A stretch of 64,000 bases of DNA from Planctomycetota bacterium (GTDB taxonomy: Bacteria; Planctomycetota; UBA8108; SXIK01): assembly GCA_965223845.1 (NCBI GenBank), contig CBDCXR010000004.1, positions 864,001-928,000 of the forward strand. Reading direction: 5' to 3'. This document shows, one piece after another, positions 48,455-58,299 of this stretch (the stretch's first letter is position 1; every line of letters begins with the position of its first letter). Below the pieces are notes generated by a model that was given only the letters and a program-made list of their open reading frames with translations, was not told the origin of the DNA and ran no database searches. Made by a program: the position numbers and the translations under genes.

Positions 48455-49612
48455 CTACCGGCCCGCAGGCTCCGTCCGGAGCAAGCGACCCACGCCCTCC
48501 GCGAGCGCGTGCAGCCACGACTCCTCGCGGGCGGACTCCCGCTCGAGGACGTGGCGGTACTCGGGCTGGAGCTCGAGCGCACGGCGGAGCGCCGCGAGCG
48601 CTCCGTCTCGATCGCCGGCTCCAGCGAGAACCTCGCCCGCGCGAAAGTGCGCGTGAGCTCGCGCCGGAAACCGTCCGAGCCATGATTCGAGAGTGCGGCG
48701 CGCGGTCGCGGCTTGTCCGGCGGCGAATTCGAGGCGCGCCTGCTCGAGCTGGAGGTCCGCCCACTCGGGATAGCGATCGAGAGCGCGCGCGAGCTCCTTC
48801 GCTCCCTCCGCCGGCCGACCGCTTCTCGCAATCCGGCGGGCGCGCGCGAGCGGGCTGCGCCCGAGTCGAAGGTCGACGAGTCGCCGCAGCTCCTCGATCG
48901 GGCGATCGTCCTCTTCGACGCGGAGATCGACGTAGCGATCGTCGTACCGGCCGTAGCCACCGCCGGCGCGAGCCACGCGGATCGCCGCCGACTGTCTCCC
49001 GCGGGCGTCGCCGCCGGCGGCCTGTCCCGCTTCGAGAGCGCGCAGCAGCCGCTCGGCGAGCTCGCCGCTCGAAGTCTCGAACGCGCGCGCCATCGCGTCG
49101 ACCGTGGCCCGGCTGACGAGGAGGTTTCCCTGAACGGAATAGTGCGTCCCACGGCGATGCCCCGCCCAGGCATGGCAGCCGTCACCGGTAAACACCGCGG
49201 CCCTTCCCTTCGCGTCGACGATCGCGGCTTGGCGAAGGTCGCGTCGGGGGTCCGCGCCGGTGAGTTGCGCGAGTACGTCGGCCGGGGCCGAACCTCGGCG
49301 CAGGAGCTCGAGTCCGCGAGGTCCGTAGGTCGTATTCGCGTAAGACTGAGTGGCGATCGCGCCCACTCCCGCCTCGACCCACGGGACGACCGCTCCGACG
49401 CCGAAAAACCGCGACTGAACGGCGACGCCGAGGTCACCGGTCTTCGGATCGAAACCGACGATCGAAAACGTCGACGGCGGAGACTCTAGCTCGTGGAAAG
49501 CGGCGTTGGCCGATGTTCGATCGGTGGAATCGAGAGTGCCGCAGCTCGACGCGAAGAGGAGTGCGATCGCGAGGACGCTCACGAACGTCGGGAAGTGCGA
49601 GGTGGATGGCAT
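48455..49612 (-). CDS. DUF1028 (Ntn-hydrolase-like) lipoprotein with C-terminal TPRs
   Basis: FASSC lipobox-like sequence; TFSIV, GVAVQS, GAIATQ, QGNLL, GGDARGRQSAA, DLRV. Confidence 0.88.
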   Translation of the reverse strand: MPSTSHFPTFVSVLAIALLFASSCGTLDSTDRTSANAAFHELESPPSTFSIVGFDPKTGDLGVAVQSRFFGVGAVVPWVEAGVGAIATQSYANTTYGPRGLELLRRGSAPADVLAQLTGADPRRDLRQAAIVDAKGRAAVFTGDGCHAWAGHRRGTHYSVQGNLLVSRATVDAMARAFETSSGELAERLLRALEAGQAAGGDARGRQSAAIRVARAGGGYGRYDDRYVDLRVEEDDRPIEELRRLVDLRLGRSPLARARRIARSGRPAEGAKELARALDRYPEWADLQLEQARLEFAAGQAATARRTLESWLGRFPARAHAHFRAGEVLAGAGDRDGALAALRRALELQPEYRHVLERESAREESWLHALAEGVGRLLRTEPAGR

Positions 49613-49750
49613 GAGAATCGACTCACTCGGGGGGACGGGTCGGCGTTCGGATTCGAGTGCGAAGCGGATATTGTAGGCCTGCCGGTCGATTCGGGCGAAC
49701 AGGAGCTTCGGCCGGGAGGTCGGTCCGCGCGACGGAGATGGCGACGAGGC

Positions 49751-50650
49751 ATGAACGTTGGCGAAGGGCTTCTCGCCGCCTGGCTCGACGGACGGCGCGC
49801 ACAGGCGATTCTCGCCGCGGCGGGGGACGGCGGCGCGAACGCGCTCCGCGTCTCGCTCGACCTCGGCCGAACGTGGGTCGAGGCCGAGGTCGAACGGGAC
49901 GAGTGGCGCGCCGAGGGAAGAAGATTTCCCGTGGCGCCCCTCGCGGAGCTCGCTCGGCATCCCCGGACTGTCTTCCGGGCCGTGTCCGGCGGCCGAGATT
50001 GGGAACCGGTCCGAGCGTATGGAGATCGCTTCTACCAGCTCGTCGCGACGGACGAAGCGCCGACGATCGAGATCGACGGCGTTCAGATGCACCGGACGAA
50101 GGGAATCGGGCCGTTCGGCGCGGCCGCACAGTTCGTCCGCGCCGTTGTTCGGCCCGGAGACCGCGTGCTGGATACTTGCGGGGGCCTCGGGTACACCGCG
50201 CTCCACGCGCTCGAAATGGGCGCCGCGCGCGTCGCTTCGTACGAAATCAGCGAGGAGGTTCTCGATCTTCGGCAGAACAACCCTTGGTCTCGCGCAGGCG
50301 ACGCGGTCGCTGAAACGCTGTCGCTTACGCGCGGGGACGTATTCCGCGCCCTCGCTCGCGCCGCCCCGGGCGAGTTCCACGCCGTCGTCCACGATCCTCC
50401 GCGCCCGAGCTTCGCTCCGGAGCTCTATTCGGGCGCGTTCTACCTCCGACTTCACTCGGCGCTCGCGCCGGGCGGGCGACTCTTCCACTACACCGGGGCG
50501 CCCTACGCGCGGCGGCGAGGGGATTCGTTCGTCCGAAACGTGGTGGACGAGTTGACCCGCGTCGGGTTTTCCGTCGAACTCCGCGCGGATCTTCAGGGCG
50601 TCGTCGCGGTTCGACGTGCGGCACGCAACTCGCCGGGAGATCGACGGTGA
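49751..50650 (+). CDS. SAM-dependent methyltransferase, COG2521-like
   Basis: PTIEIDGVQMHR, VLDTCGGLGYTA, NPWS, HDPPR, GELYS-like (PELYS), FHYTG.P. Confidence 0.82.
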   Translation: MNVGEGLLAAWLDGRRAQAILAAAGDGGANALRVSLDLGRTWVEAEVERDEWRAEGRRFPVAPLAELARHPRTVFRAVSGGRDWEPVRAYGDRFYQLVATDEAPTIEIDGVQMHRTKGIGPFGAAAQFVRAVVRPGDRVLDTCGGLGYTALHALEMGAARVASYEISEEVLDLRQNNPWSRAGDAVAETLSLTRGDVFRALARAAPGEFHAVVHDPPRPSFAPELYSGAFYLRLHSALAPGGRLFHYTGAPYARRRGDSFVRNVVDELTRVGFSVELRADLQGVVAVRRAARNSPGDRR

Positions 50651-51681
50651 TGCGCGAAGTCACCGCGCTTCCGCGACCGACCGGCGCCGTGTTCGCGCGG
50701 GCGTCGGTCGCCGAGTACCTTGCGGTTCTCTGGCCGCATCGTTCGCGACGAGTCATCGACGACCTATTCGCGCACGGGCGAATCCGGAGTGGGGGGCGTC
50801 CGGTATCGCCGCGCTCGATTTGCGGCTCGCTCGGGGACCTCGAGCTAGTCGGAGCCGCGAGTGAGTTGCCGGTGATGTTCGATCCCCCGGCGGCGGAGTC
50901 TCAACCACCGGCGGCAGACGCGATCGAGTTCGGTCTCCGCATTGTGCACGAGGACGAGCGACTCGTCGCCGTCGCCAAGCCCGAGGGCCTCCCGGTGGTC
51001 CCGGACCGTACCGGAGGACCCGAGAGTGTCCTCGCCGCGCTCACCCGCCGCGAGCTTGCCGCTCGGCGCGAACGCTCTCCCGCGGAGATGATTCGCTTTC
51101 GGGTCGTCCATCGCCTCGATCGCTGGACGAGCGGGATCGTTCTCCTCGCGAAGTCGCTGGCGGCCGAGAGGCGGCTCGCGTCCGACTTCGAGCACCGGCG
51201 GGTCCGCAAAGTCTACGCCGCCGTCCTCGCCGGGCGCGTCGCAGCCGCGCGGATCACGGTCCGCGTTCCCATCGGTCCGGGCCGGAAGGGAAAGATGCGA
51301 CCGCGGACGGTCGCGCACGGCGGGAAGGACGCGCAGACGACCTTCGACGTGGTCGAGCGCTGGACGGAGGCGACGCTCGTTCGCGCGTACCCGAGGACCG
51401 GGAGGCAGCATCAGATCCGAGTGCACGCCCGGTCGATCGAGCACCCGCTCGCGGTCGACCCCCTCTACTCGCCCGCCTCACGCACTACTGAGCTCGCCGA
51501 GTGTTCTCACCTCACTCTGCACGCCGAGCGGTACACGCTGTCGCCCGACTGGACGGAGCCGCGCGACTTTCGCGCGCCGTGGCCGGCTTCGTTCAAGGCG
51601 GTCGTCGATCGCCTGCGCGAAGGGAATCACTCTTCGAGGAGATCGGGCTCCGGTTCCGCGGGCCGAGACCTCGAGAAGTAG
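50650..51681 (+). CDS. RluA-family pseudouridine synthase
   Basis: KPEGL, VHRLDRWTSG, TGRQHQIRVH, D.LY and LHA motifs; start overlaps the methyltransferase stop. Confidence 0.9.
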   Translation: MREVTALPRPTGAVFARASVAEYLAVLWPHRSRRVIDDLFAHGRIRSGGRPVSPRSICGSLGDLELVGAASELPVMFDPPAAESQPPAADAIEFGLRIVHEDERLVAVAKPEGLPVVPDRTGGPESVLAALTRRELAARRERSPAEMIRFRVVHRLDRWTSGIVLLAKSLAAERRLASDFEHRRVRKVYAAVLAGRVAAARITVRVPIGPGRKGKMRPRTVAHGGKDAQTTFDVVERWTEATLVRAYPRTGRQHQIRVHARSIEHPLAVDPLYSPASRTTELAECSHLTLHAERYTLSPDWTEPRDFRAPWPASFKAVVDRLREGNHSSRRSGSGSAGRDLEK

Positions 51682-52124
51682 TGACTGACATCCCAGTCGT
51701 CGTCGGACGCCGCGGTTGCTGACCCGTCGGCTTCGTCCGGCGGAGTTTCTCCTCGGCTCGGCTCGACCTCCGCGCCCGTCCCTTCGGAGTCGATCGAGCT
51801 CGCGCGCTCGTCCCCGCCGGGAGCTCGATTTTCGGACGGACGGAGCGCGTTCGCGTCGCGGATTCCCTCGCGAACCTCGTCGAGATACGCGCGCCGGAGA
51901 GCTTCGTACTCCTCGGCCGAGAGATCGTCGACACCCGGTTCTCGTCCCTCGACGACGTCCCGGTGGATCTGCGTGAGGTAGGGGATGCACCAACCACATC
52001 CGGTGCCCGCGCCGAAGCACTCCGAGATCTGCGACGCTCGCCGGGGACGCTCGCGGCGGACGTAGTTGACGATCTTTCGCTTCGGGATGTGAAAGCAGTA
52101 GCAGAGGGTCTCGTCCGGTTCCAT
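51627..52124 (-). CDS. BFD-like [2Fe-2S]-binding protein with acidic C-terminal tail
   Basis: LCYCF...AGTGCGWC (CxC...CxxC). Confidence 0.8.
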   Translation of the reverse strand: MEPDETLCYCFHIPKRKIVNYVRRERPRRASQISECFGAGTGCGWCIPYLTQIHRDVVEGREPGVDDLSAEEYEALRRAYLDEVREGIRDANALRPSENRAPGGDERASSIDSEGTGAEVEPSRGETPPDEADGSATAASDDDWDVSHYFSRSRPAEPEPDLLEE

Positions 52125-52314
52125 ACGGAGATGATATCGGTGTCCGGCCCGAGTTCCTGTGCGGAGGGCCGAGAATTCGTTCGTCGAGCGGGGGAGCGAT
52201 CGACGATTCCAAGAGCTGCCGTAGTTTGCCGGAGCCCCGATCGCGGGAGCATCGGGTCGAAGGCGCGTTCGCTCAGTTGAAGCTGGTGCGGATTCGACGC
52301 GCCGGCGCGGAGAC

Positions 52315-53577
52315 CTAATCCGGCTGCCATTCGCCCCGGGCGACCGCGGGCACGAAGTCGTCGAGCCCCGGCGGCGGGAACTCGAGAACGCGCTTTTCCT
52401 CGGCGGACTGGTAGCACGCCATCAAAGTCCGGACGACCTCGAGGCCGTCGTGCCACGTCTCGTCGGGCATGCGGCCCGCTCGGAAGCACTCGACCATGTG
52501 GCGATTCTCCGCTTCGTAGCCGTAGTACGCGGGCTCGGAGGCGAGAACGGGACTCAGACCTTGTTCGGCGTTCTGTTTCTCGACGAGGTCTTCCCCGGCG
52601 TCACCGCTCACCTCCCGGCTGAAGAACACTTTGAGGTCGGTTTCGAGCGAATTGATCGACATCGCGTACTCCGGGCCGAGCAACTCGAAGCTGAGGCGAA
52701 GTCCCGAGCCGACGAAACTCCACGACGTGCTCGCTTCGAGAATCAGCTCGTTGCCGTCGCCATCCTCGTAGGTGAGGTTCGCCCGTGCGAAGTCCTCGGC
52801 GGGCGCTCGCGCGTAGTCGATGCCGGACATGGCGCGACTCAGGCGACTCGCGTAGCGCTCGCGCCGCCACTTGAGGACGGCGATGGTCGCGTTCACGCTC
52901 TTCAGCCGGATCGAGTCGCGCGGCTGACTCGGGTCGGTGAGAAGCAGTCGACCCGCTTCGACGGAGTGGCACAGCATGTCGTTGAGTACGCCGCCGCCCT
53001 GCCGGGTTCCGTCCCAAAACCACGGATTGTGCGGACCCGAGTGCTCTTCGGCGGTCCGCGCGAGGTAAGGCCGGCCCGCGATCGCGGCGCCGCGCCGCCA
53101 GACGATCTCGCGCCCGCGAACCACCGACGGAGCGAAGACCTGGTTCTCGAGGTAGCCGTGGGGAAGTCCCGACGCGCCGGCGAGGTCGACCATGGCGCGG
53201 GCTTCCTTGACGTTGCGGCCGAGAGGCTTTTCGCAGGCGATCCCCTTGAGCTCCGCGTCCCCGGCACGGTGTGCCGCGAAGATCTCCTCGGCGTTCTCGA
53301 GACGCTTGTGGTTCGGGCCGACGATCCAAATCGCGTCGATCTCTGGAGCGCACGCGAGCTCGTGGAGTGACGGAAAGGCCCGACAACGCGCGCCGGCCGG
53401 CGACGTTCCTACGCCGAGGTCCACGGCGTATTGTGCCGTCGCCGCGGCGTGGTCGGCGTTCGGGCTCCAAATCCCGATGACGTCAGCGTTGCGCACGCCG
53501 ACGAAGCTCTCGAGATGGAAGCGCGTCATGAAGCCGCTCCCGACGATTCCGACGCCGAGCCGATTCGCCTCGCTCAT
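52315..53577 (-). CDS. Gfo/Idh/MocA oxidoreductase
   Basis: GIVGSG, CEKPL, GGGVLNDM..H; AAGGAG RBS before MSEANR. Confidence 0.88.
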   Translation of the reverse strand: MSEANRLGVGIVGSGFMTRFHLESFVGVRNADVIGIWSPNADHAAATAQYAVDLGVGTSPAGARCRAFPSLHELACAPEIDAIWIVGPNHKRLENAEEIFAAHRAGDAELKGIACEKPLGRNVKEARAMVDLAGASGLPHGYLENQVFAPSVVRGREIVWRRGAAIAGRPYLARTAEEHSGPHNPWFWDGTRQGGGVLNDMLCHSVEAGRLLLTDPSQPRDSIRLKSVNATIAVLKWRRERYASRLSRAMSGIDYARAPAEDFARANLTYEDGDGNELILEASTSWSFVGSGLRLSFELLGPEYAMSINSLETDLKVFFSREVSGDAGEDLVEKQNAEQGLSPVLASEPAYYGYEAENRHMVECFRAGRMPDETWHDGLEVVRTLMACYQSAEEKRVLEFPPPGLDDFVPAVARGEWQPD

Positions 53578-54014
53578 CCTGGTCTCCTTCTCAAGGGTTC
53601 GACCGTCCGCTCGCAGAGGGAGGTCGAGAGGTCGCTTCATTCTTTACCGGAGCGCAGCGCGATGTGCTCCCGCACCGGGCGCGTCGCGACCGCGGTTCTT
53701 CGTGCGCCTCGGTGCCGCTTTCCCGTTGTGGCCGATCAAGGATCCGTTCACCCTAAGGTTGCCAACCCAGCCGCAAGAAACGCGCTCGCTCGGTGAAGAA
53801 CACCGCCCGCAGATCGTGGGCCGTTCCGCTAATCTTCACCTGCGACGAATACGCTCCGCTGCGCGAAACCGCACGAAATCGCCGCTCGGAAGGCACTCTT
53901 CGCCGTTCCGGCTCGCCCTTTTTTGCAACGTATAGGTCCACTCTCTCCGATATCGCGAGGGAGTCACCGGGGCGGCGACGACGAAGCTCCCTATTCTCTA
54001 CGGAACCTGCCCGC

Positions 54015-55235
54015 ATGAAAGTCCTCACGCTCACGAAAGAATTTCCACCGCACGTCTACGGGGGCGCTGGCGTCCACGTCGAGCATCTCACCGCGGCGCT
54101 CGCGCGGCGTATGAACGTAGACGTTCGCTGTTTCGGCGATCAAACCGTCGATCGCGCGGACGGAGTGCCCGCGGTGCGCGGATTCCCGTCGCCGCTCGAG
54201 CTTGGCGACACGGATGAGCGCGCCCGCCCGGCCTTCGATGCCCTAGCCCGCGGGCTCCGGATGGCGGCTGCACCGACCGATGCGGACATCGTCCACTGCC
54301 ACACCTGGTACTCCATGGCGGCGGGGATCTGGGCGAAAACGGTCGCGGGGATCCCCCTCGTCGTCACCACCCACTCGCTCGAGCCGATGCGTCCGTGGAA
54401 GGAGGAGCAGCTCGGACCCGGTTACCGACTCTCGAGCTGGATCGAGAAGCTCGCGGTCGAATCGGCCGACGCGGTGATCGCGGTCTCCGACGGAACGCGG
54501 CGGGAAGTCCTCGAGTGCTACGACGTCGCGCCGGATCGGGTGAAGGTGATTCATAACGGGATCGATCTCGACGTGTACCGTCGCACGGATCCCGCGCCGG
54601 CACTCGCCCGCTACGGACTCCCCGCCGATCGACCCTACGTTCTCTTCGTCGGACGGATCACGAAGCAGAAGGGCGTTGTCCATCTCGTTCATGCGATGCG
54701 GCACGTCGCCGGCGACGTCGATGTCGTCTTTTGCGCGGGGGCGCCCGACACGCCCGAGATCGCCGCCGACATGGAGCGCGCCGTACGCGAGCTCCAATCG
54801 AAGCGCGAAGGCGTTCACTGGATTCGGGAGATGGTTCCCGTTCCGGACCTCGTTCGACTCTACAGCGGCGCCACTCTCTTCGTATGCCCGTCGATCTACG
54901 AGCCGTTCGGAATCATCAACCTCGAGGCGATGGCGACCGGTTGCCCAGTCGTCGCGAGTGCGGTGGGCGGAATCCCGGAGGTCGTCGTCGACGGCGAAAC
55001 GGGGCTGCTCGTTCCGCTCGAGAGCCGGAGGAACGACTTCGAGCCGGTCGACCCCGACCGGTTCGCGCGCGATCTCGCCGCCGCCGTCGACCGACTCGCG
55101 GCCGACGCCGCGCTGCGAACGTCCATGGCCGAAGCGAGCCGGCGCCGCGTCGAAGAGCTCTTTTCCTGGGACCGCATCGCCGAGCAGACGAAAGCGCTCT
55201 ACGAATCGCTCGTCGTCGATCGCGTCTCGGCGTGA
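54015..55235 (+). CDS. glgA: GT4 glycosyltransferase, actinobacterial-type GlgA/GlgM (alpha-maltose-1-phosphate synthase-like)
   Basis: EFPPHVYGGAGVHV, HCHTWY, HSLEPMRPWKEEQLG, FVGRITKQKG, YEPFGIINLEAM. Confidence 0.88.
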   Translation: MKVLTLTKEFPPHVYGGAGVHVEHLTAALARRMNVDVRCFGDQTVDRADGVPAVRGFPSPLELGDTDERARPAFDALARGLRMAAAPTDADIVHCHTWYSMAAGIWAKTVAGIPLVVTTHSLEPMRPWKEEQLGPGYRLSSWIEKLAVESADAVIAVSDGTRREVLECYDVAPDRVKVIHNGIDLDVYRRTDPAPALARYGLPADRPYVLFVGRITKQKGVVHLVHAMRHVAGDVDVVFCAGAPDTPEIAADMERAVRELQSKREGVHWIREMVPVPDLVRLYSGATLFVCPSIYEPFGIINLEAMATGCPVVASAVGGIPEVVVDGETGLLVPLESRRNDFEPVDPDRFARDLAAAVDRLAADAALRTSMAEASRRRVEELFSWDRIAEQTKALYESLVVDRVSA

Positions 55236-55286
55236 GTGCGGACCGCGACCGCGGCGGGCGACGGGAGCGGTAGCCCGGTTCGAGCG

Positions 55287-56564
55287 CTACTCGACGGGCG
55301 ACCAGTCCGGCTGCGGTTTCGCGTCGACGCGCGTCGGTCGTCCGCCGCGAATCGCCTCGATCCGCGTCTCAGCGGCGCGGACTTCTTCCGCGTTCGTGAG
55401 GGCGGTGAATTCGACGGTGAGTGCTCGGCGATCACCGCCGGCTAGCTTCGGCGTTCGACCTTGCGAGCGTTCGAACTTTCGCAGATTGGGAAAGTTCGTC
55501 CCGGGCTCGATCCCCGTCACGTAGCCGTCTGGATGCGTGTTCTTCCACACCGTGAGAAACGGAAGCTCGGCGACGGCGAACCGAAGCGTCGTGCCGCGGT
55601 CGCCGGCACGGTTCTTGAGGAGAACCTCGGTCTTCCCCTCACCGTCGGAGTAGAGCTCGAGGAAATACACCTGCTCGGTGTATCCCTTCGTCGGCCCGAG
55701 GTACGAATCCCAAGCGTCGACGCCCTCTGCGGCGCGCGGATCCCTCGGCGCGACGCGTGCTGCCGGCGCGACGACTCTCGCGCCCTTCTCGAGGAGCGGC
55801 GCGCCGTAGTTTGCGTGATAGAGCATCTGAAACTCTTGCGGCTCGTGCGAAAGATTGACGATGACGTCGCGGATCGTGAGGGTCCGCGATCCCGCGACGG
55901 TCGAGATCGACGTCTCCATGCGCAGCTGAGTCCCGTACATCATCGTCTCGTCGACGACGCCCTTCACCGTGATCGTGCGAGGGCTCTCCTCCGACACTTC
56001 GACGCCGACGAAGCGCGCGGGAACGTAGCTGATCTTGCCGTGGAGGCTGAGCTGCACGGGGACCGGTGCGCCCGTGTTGCTCGGCACGATGTCCTCGCCG
56101 GGAGCTCCGTTCGACGCGAGCCCGCAGCGACACATCCAGGCGCCGAATCCCTCGAGCCAGCCGAGTCCGCCGCGGCTGTCGAGCTGCACGTACTGCGGAT
56201 GGACGATCTCCTTCACCGGTGAGTCCCAGGCTAGGCTGACGTCACCCGCGCGTGCGTCCCAGACATCCATGCCGCGAGTCGGTATGACGGTGAACGACAG
56301 CTCGCCGTTGTCGACGACGACGCGATCGACGCCCTCCTGACGTCCGCCGTGGAGAACATCCTTCCGCACACTCCAGGACCCGGCGGCATCGCCGGCCGTG
56401 CGCGCATCGAGAGACCAGTGGGCGAGCCGGATGTTCTTTTCGACGTCGATGAGAGTTGCCATGGTCGAGGGGCGCGGAGTCGTGGGCTCGGGAGAGGCGG
56501 AAGCGAGTCGGAAGAGTGTGACGAGAATCGCCGCGGCGATCGCGGCCGACGCCGTGTACCTCAT
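55287..56564 (-). CDS. DUF4432 / aldose 1-epimerase-like protein, with N-terminal signal-like segment
   Basis: LHGGRQEGV, PTRGM, GWLEGF, CGL, LHG, LYHANYG, GIEPGT. Confidence 0.82.
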   Translation of the reverse strand: MRYTASAAIAAAILVTLFRLASASPEPTTPRPSTMATLIDVEKNIRLAHWSLDARTAGDAAGSWSVRKDVLHGGRQEGVDRVVVDNGELSFTVIPTRGMDVWDARAGDVSLAWDSPVKEIVHPQYVQLDSRGGLGWLEGFGAWMCRCGLASNGAPGEDIVPSNTGAPVPVQLSLHGKISYVPARFVGVEVSEESPRTITVKGVVDETMMYGTQLRMETSISTVAGSRTLTIRDVIVNLSHEPQEFQMLYHANYGAPLLEKGARVVAPAARVAPRDPRAAEGVDAWDSYLGPTKGYTEQVYFLELYSDGEGKTEVLLKNRAGDRGTTLRFAVAELPFLTVWKNTHPDGYVTGIEPGTNFPNLRKFERSQGRTPKLAGGDRRALTVEFTALTNAEEVRAAETRIEAIRGGRPTRVDAKPQPDWSPVE

Positions 56565-56789
56565 GCGCAGGTTCCTTTTCTTTCGGATGCGACAAATCGT
56601 CCGCGAAATCGTCGCGGCGCGGGCGGCGGCGATTCGGGTGGACGTAGGCGATGGGGAAGAGATAATACCGATTCCGCGGGCGGCCATTGTAGCGGCGGTG
56701 ACCTCGACGCCCGAAAAGAAAGCCGATCTGCCGCTCCCTGCCGTCGGCGCAACTAGCGGGTTCGTTCTTCTTCGTCCAGTGTATCAGTC

Positions 56790-57626
56790 ATGGCAAACAG
56801 TGATTCCCTCCGGGGAGTGAAGTCCGTCGTCGCGGTTGCGAGCGGGAAGGGCGGAGTCGGCAAGTCGACAACGGCCGTGAATCTCGCGCTCGCGCTCAAG
56901 GCGAAGGGTGAGGCGGTGGGTCTTCTCGACGCCGACGTCTACGGGCCGAGTGCGCAGATGATGCTCGGGATCCGTGATCGTCCGCTGGTCACACCGGAGA
57001 AGATGCTCGTTCCGGTCGAAGCCCACGGGCTCAAAGTGATTTCGATGGCGCTCCTCCAAGATCCCGACAAGCCGGTGATCTGGCGAGGCCCCATGGTGCA
57101 CGGGCTTCTCCGCCAGTTCATCCGCGACGTCGATTGGGGCGAGCTCGACACACTGGTCCTCGATCTGCCGCCCGGAACGGGAGATGCGCAGCTCTCGATC
57201 TCTCAGGAGTGCTCGATCACGGGCGCCGTGATCGTGACGACCCCGCAGGAGGTCAGCCTCATCGATGCGAAAAAGGGATTGAAGACCTTTCGACAGCTCA
57301 AGGTTCCCGTGCTGGGGATCGTCGAGAACATGAGCTACTTCGTCTGCGAGAAATGCGGACACCGCGCGGAGATCTTCCGCCACGGCGGCGCGCGGAAGGC
57401 TTGCGAAGAGCTCGAGGTCGATCTCCTCGGCGAGATCCCGCTCGACCCGCGCGTCGTTCTGGGCGGGGACAGCGGTGAGCCGATCGTCGTTCGAGACGCG
57501 GAGTCTCCGGCGGCGGCGGCGTACCGAGAGTTCGCCGAGCGCGTACGCGCGCAACTCGATCGCGCGGCGGGCGAAGACGTGCCGTCCCAGCCGCCGATCA
57601 TGCCGGGTCGCATCGAGTGGGAATGA
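56790..57626 (+). CDS. mrp: Mrp/ApbC/NBP35 Fe-S cluster carrier ATPase
   Basis: SGKGGVGKST, DADVYGPS, WRGPM, DLPPGTGD, ENMSYFVCEKC. Confidence 0.93.
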   Translation: MANSDSLRGVKSVVAVASGKGGVGKSTTAVNLALALKAKGEAVGLLDADVYGPSAQMMLGIRDRPLVTPEKMLVPVEAHGLKVISMALLQDPDKPVIWRGPMVHGLLRQFIRDVDWGELDTLVLDLPPGTGDAQLSISQECSITGAVIVTTPQEVSLIDAKKGLKTFRQLKVPVLGIVENMSYFVCEKCGHRAEIFRHGGARKACEELEVDLLGEIPLDPRVVLGGDSGEPIVVRDAESPAAAAYREFAERVRAQLDRAAGEDVPSQPPIMPGRIEWE

Positions 57627-57949
57627 ACTCGTCGCGCGGACTGGAACCCGATCCGGCGACCACTCCGAGCGAGATTCGCCAGTCCGGCCCCGCCGAGCTC
57701 GAGATCGTATGGCGAGACGGCCACCGGAGCGTTTATCCCGTCGCGTTTCTTCGGCGTTCCTGTCCGTGTGCCGCGTGCGTCGACGAATGGACGGGCGAGC
57801 AGATTCTCCGGCCGGATCAAGTCCCCGACGAAGTGAAGCCCGTCACCATCGAGCCGACGGGCAACTACGCGATTCAGATTCGCTGGAGCGACGGACACTC
57901 GAGCGGGATCTACACCTTCGAGTTTTTGCGCGGCCTCACGCCGCAGTAG
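57623..57949 (+). CDS. DUF971 (GBBH N-terminal-like) protein
   Basis: W.DGH, LRRSCPCAAC, GNYAIQIRWSDGHSSGIY; ATGA overlap with mrp. Confidence 0.9.
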   Translation: MNSSRGLEPDPATTPSEIRQSGPAELEIVWRDGHRSVYPVAFLRRSCPCAACVDEWTGEQILRPDQVPDEVKPVTIEPTGNYAIQIRWSDGHSSGIYTFEFLRGLTPQ

Positions 57950-58299
57950 CTCGGGCCGGTCCCGGAACAAGTGTCGCGAACCCGAACCGGTGCACCGCTT
58001 TTGAGCGATTCCCCCGCTGTCCAGCCAGTGGACGGTTCCGATATCGAGATTCCCCGGCGCCGGCGGCGATTCCCGAACAGTGGCCCCAGGCTCCCGGCCG
58101 AAGGAGGGTGATGCGGCGGACCCGGAGATTCAGCGTGTCGATTCGCCCGGCCGAACCACGAAGTCCCGGCATTCCCGTTGAATGCGTGGCGCGGTCACGG
58201 CGTCTTCTGGGATGGACCGTGGGCGAGCCGCCCGTCGCCTCTGCCGTCGCAATCCGCGGGAGGCGGCACCCATGCTTTTGTAGGGAGGAGACAGTCGTC

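Noticed and set aside
53880-53935. Sigma-54 promoter upstream of glgA (GGC...TTGC)
   Set aside because: The GG-to-GC spacing does not match the required -24/-12 geometry.
56790-57949. mrp + DUF971 coupling as a novel system
   Set aside because: This pairing or fusion is already well known (e.g. HCF101-like proteins).
58007-58176. Recurrent GATTCCC/CATTCCC words upstream of the lipoprotein operon (58007, 58048, 58068, 58170)
   Set aside because: Short and irregularly spaced; cannot be distinguished from chance without comparative data.
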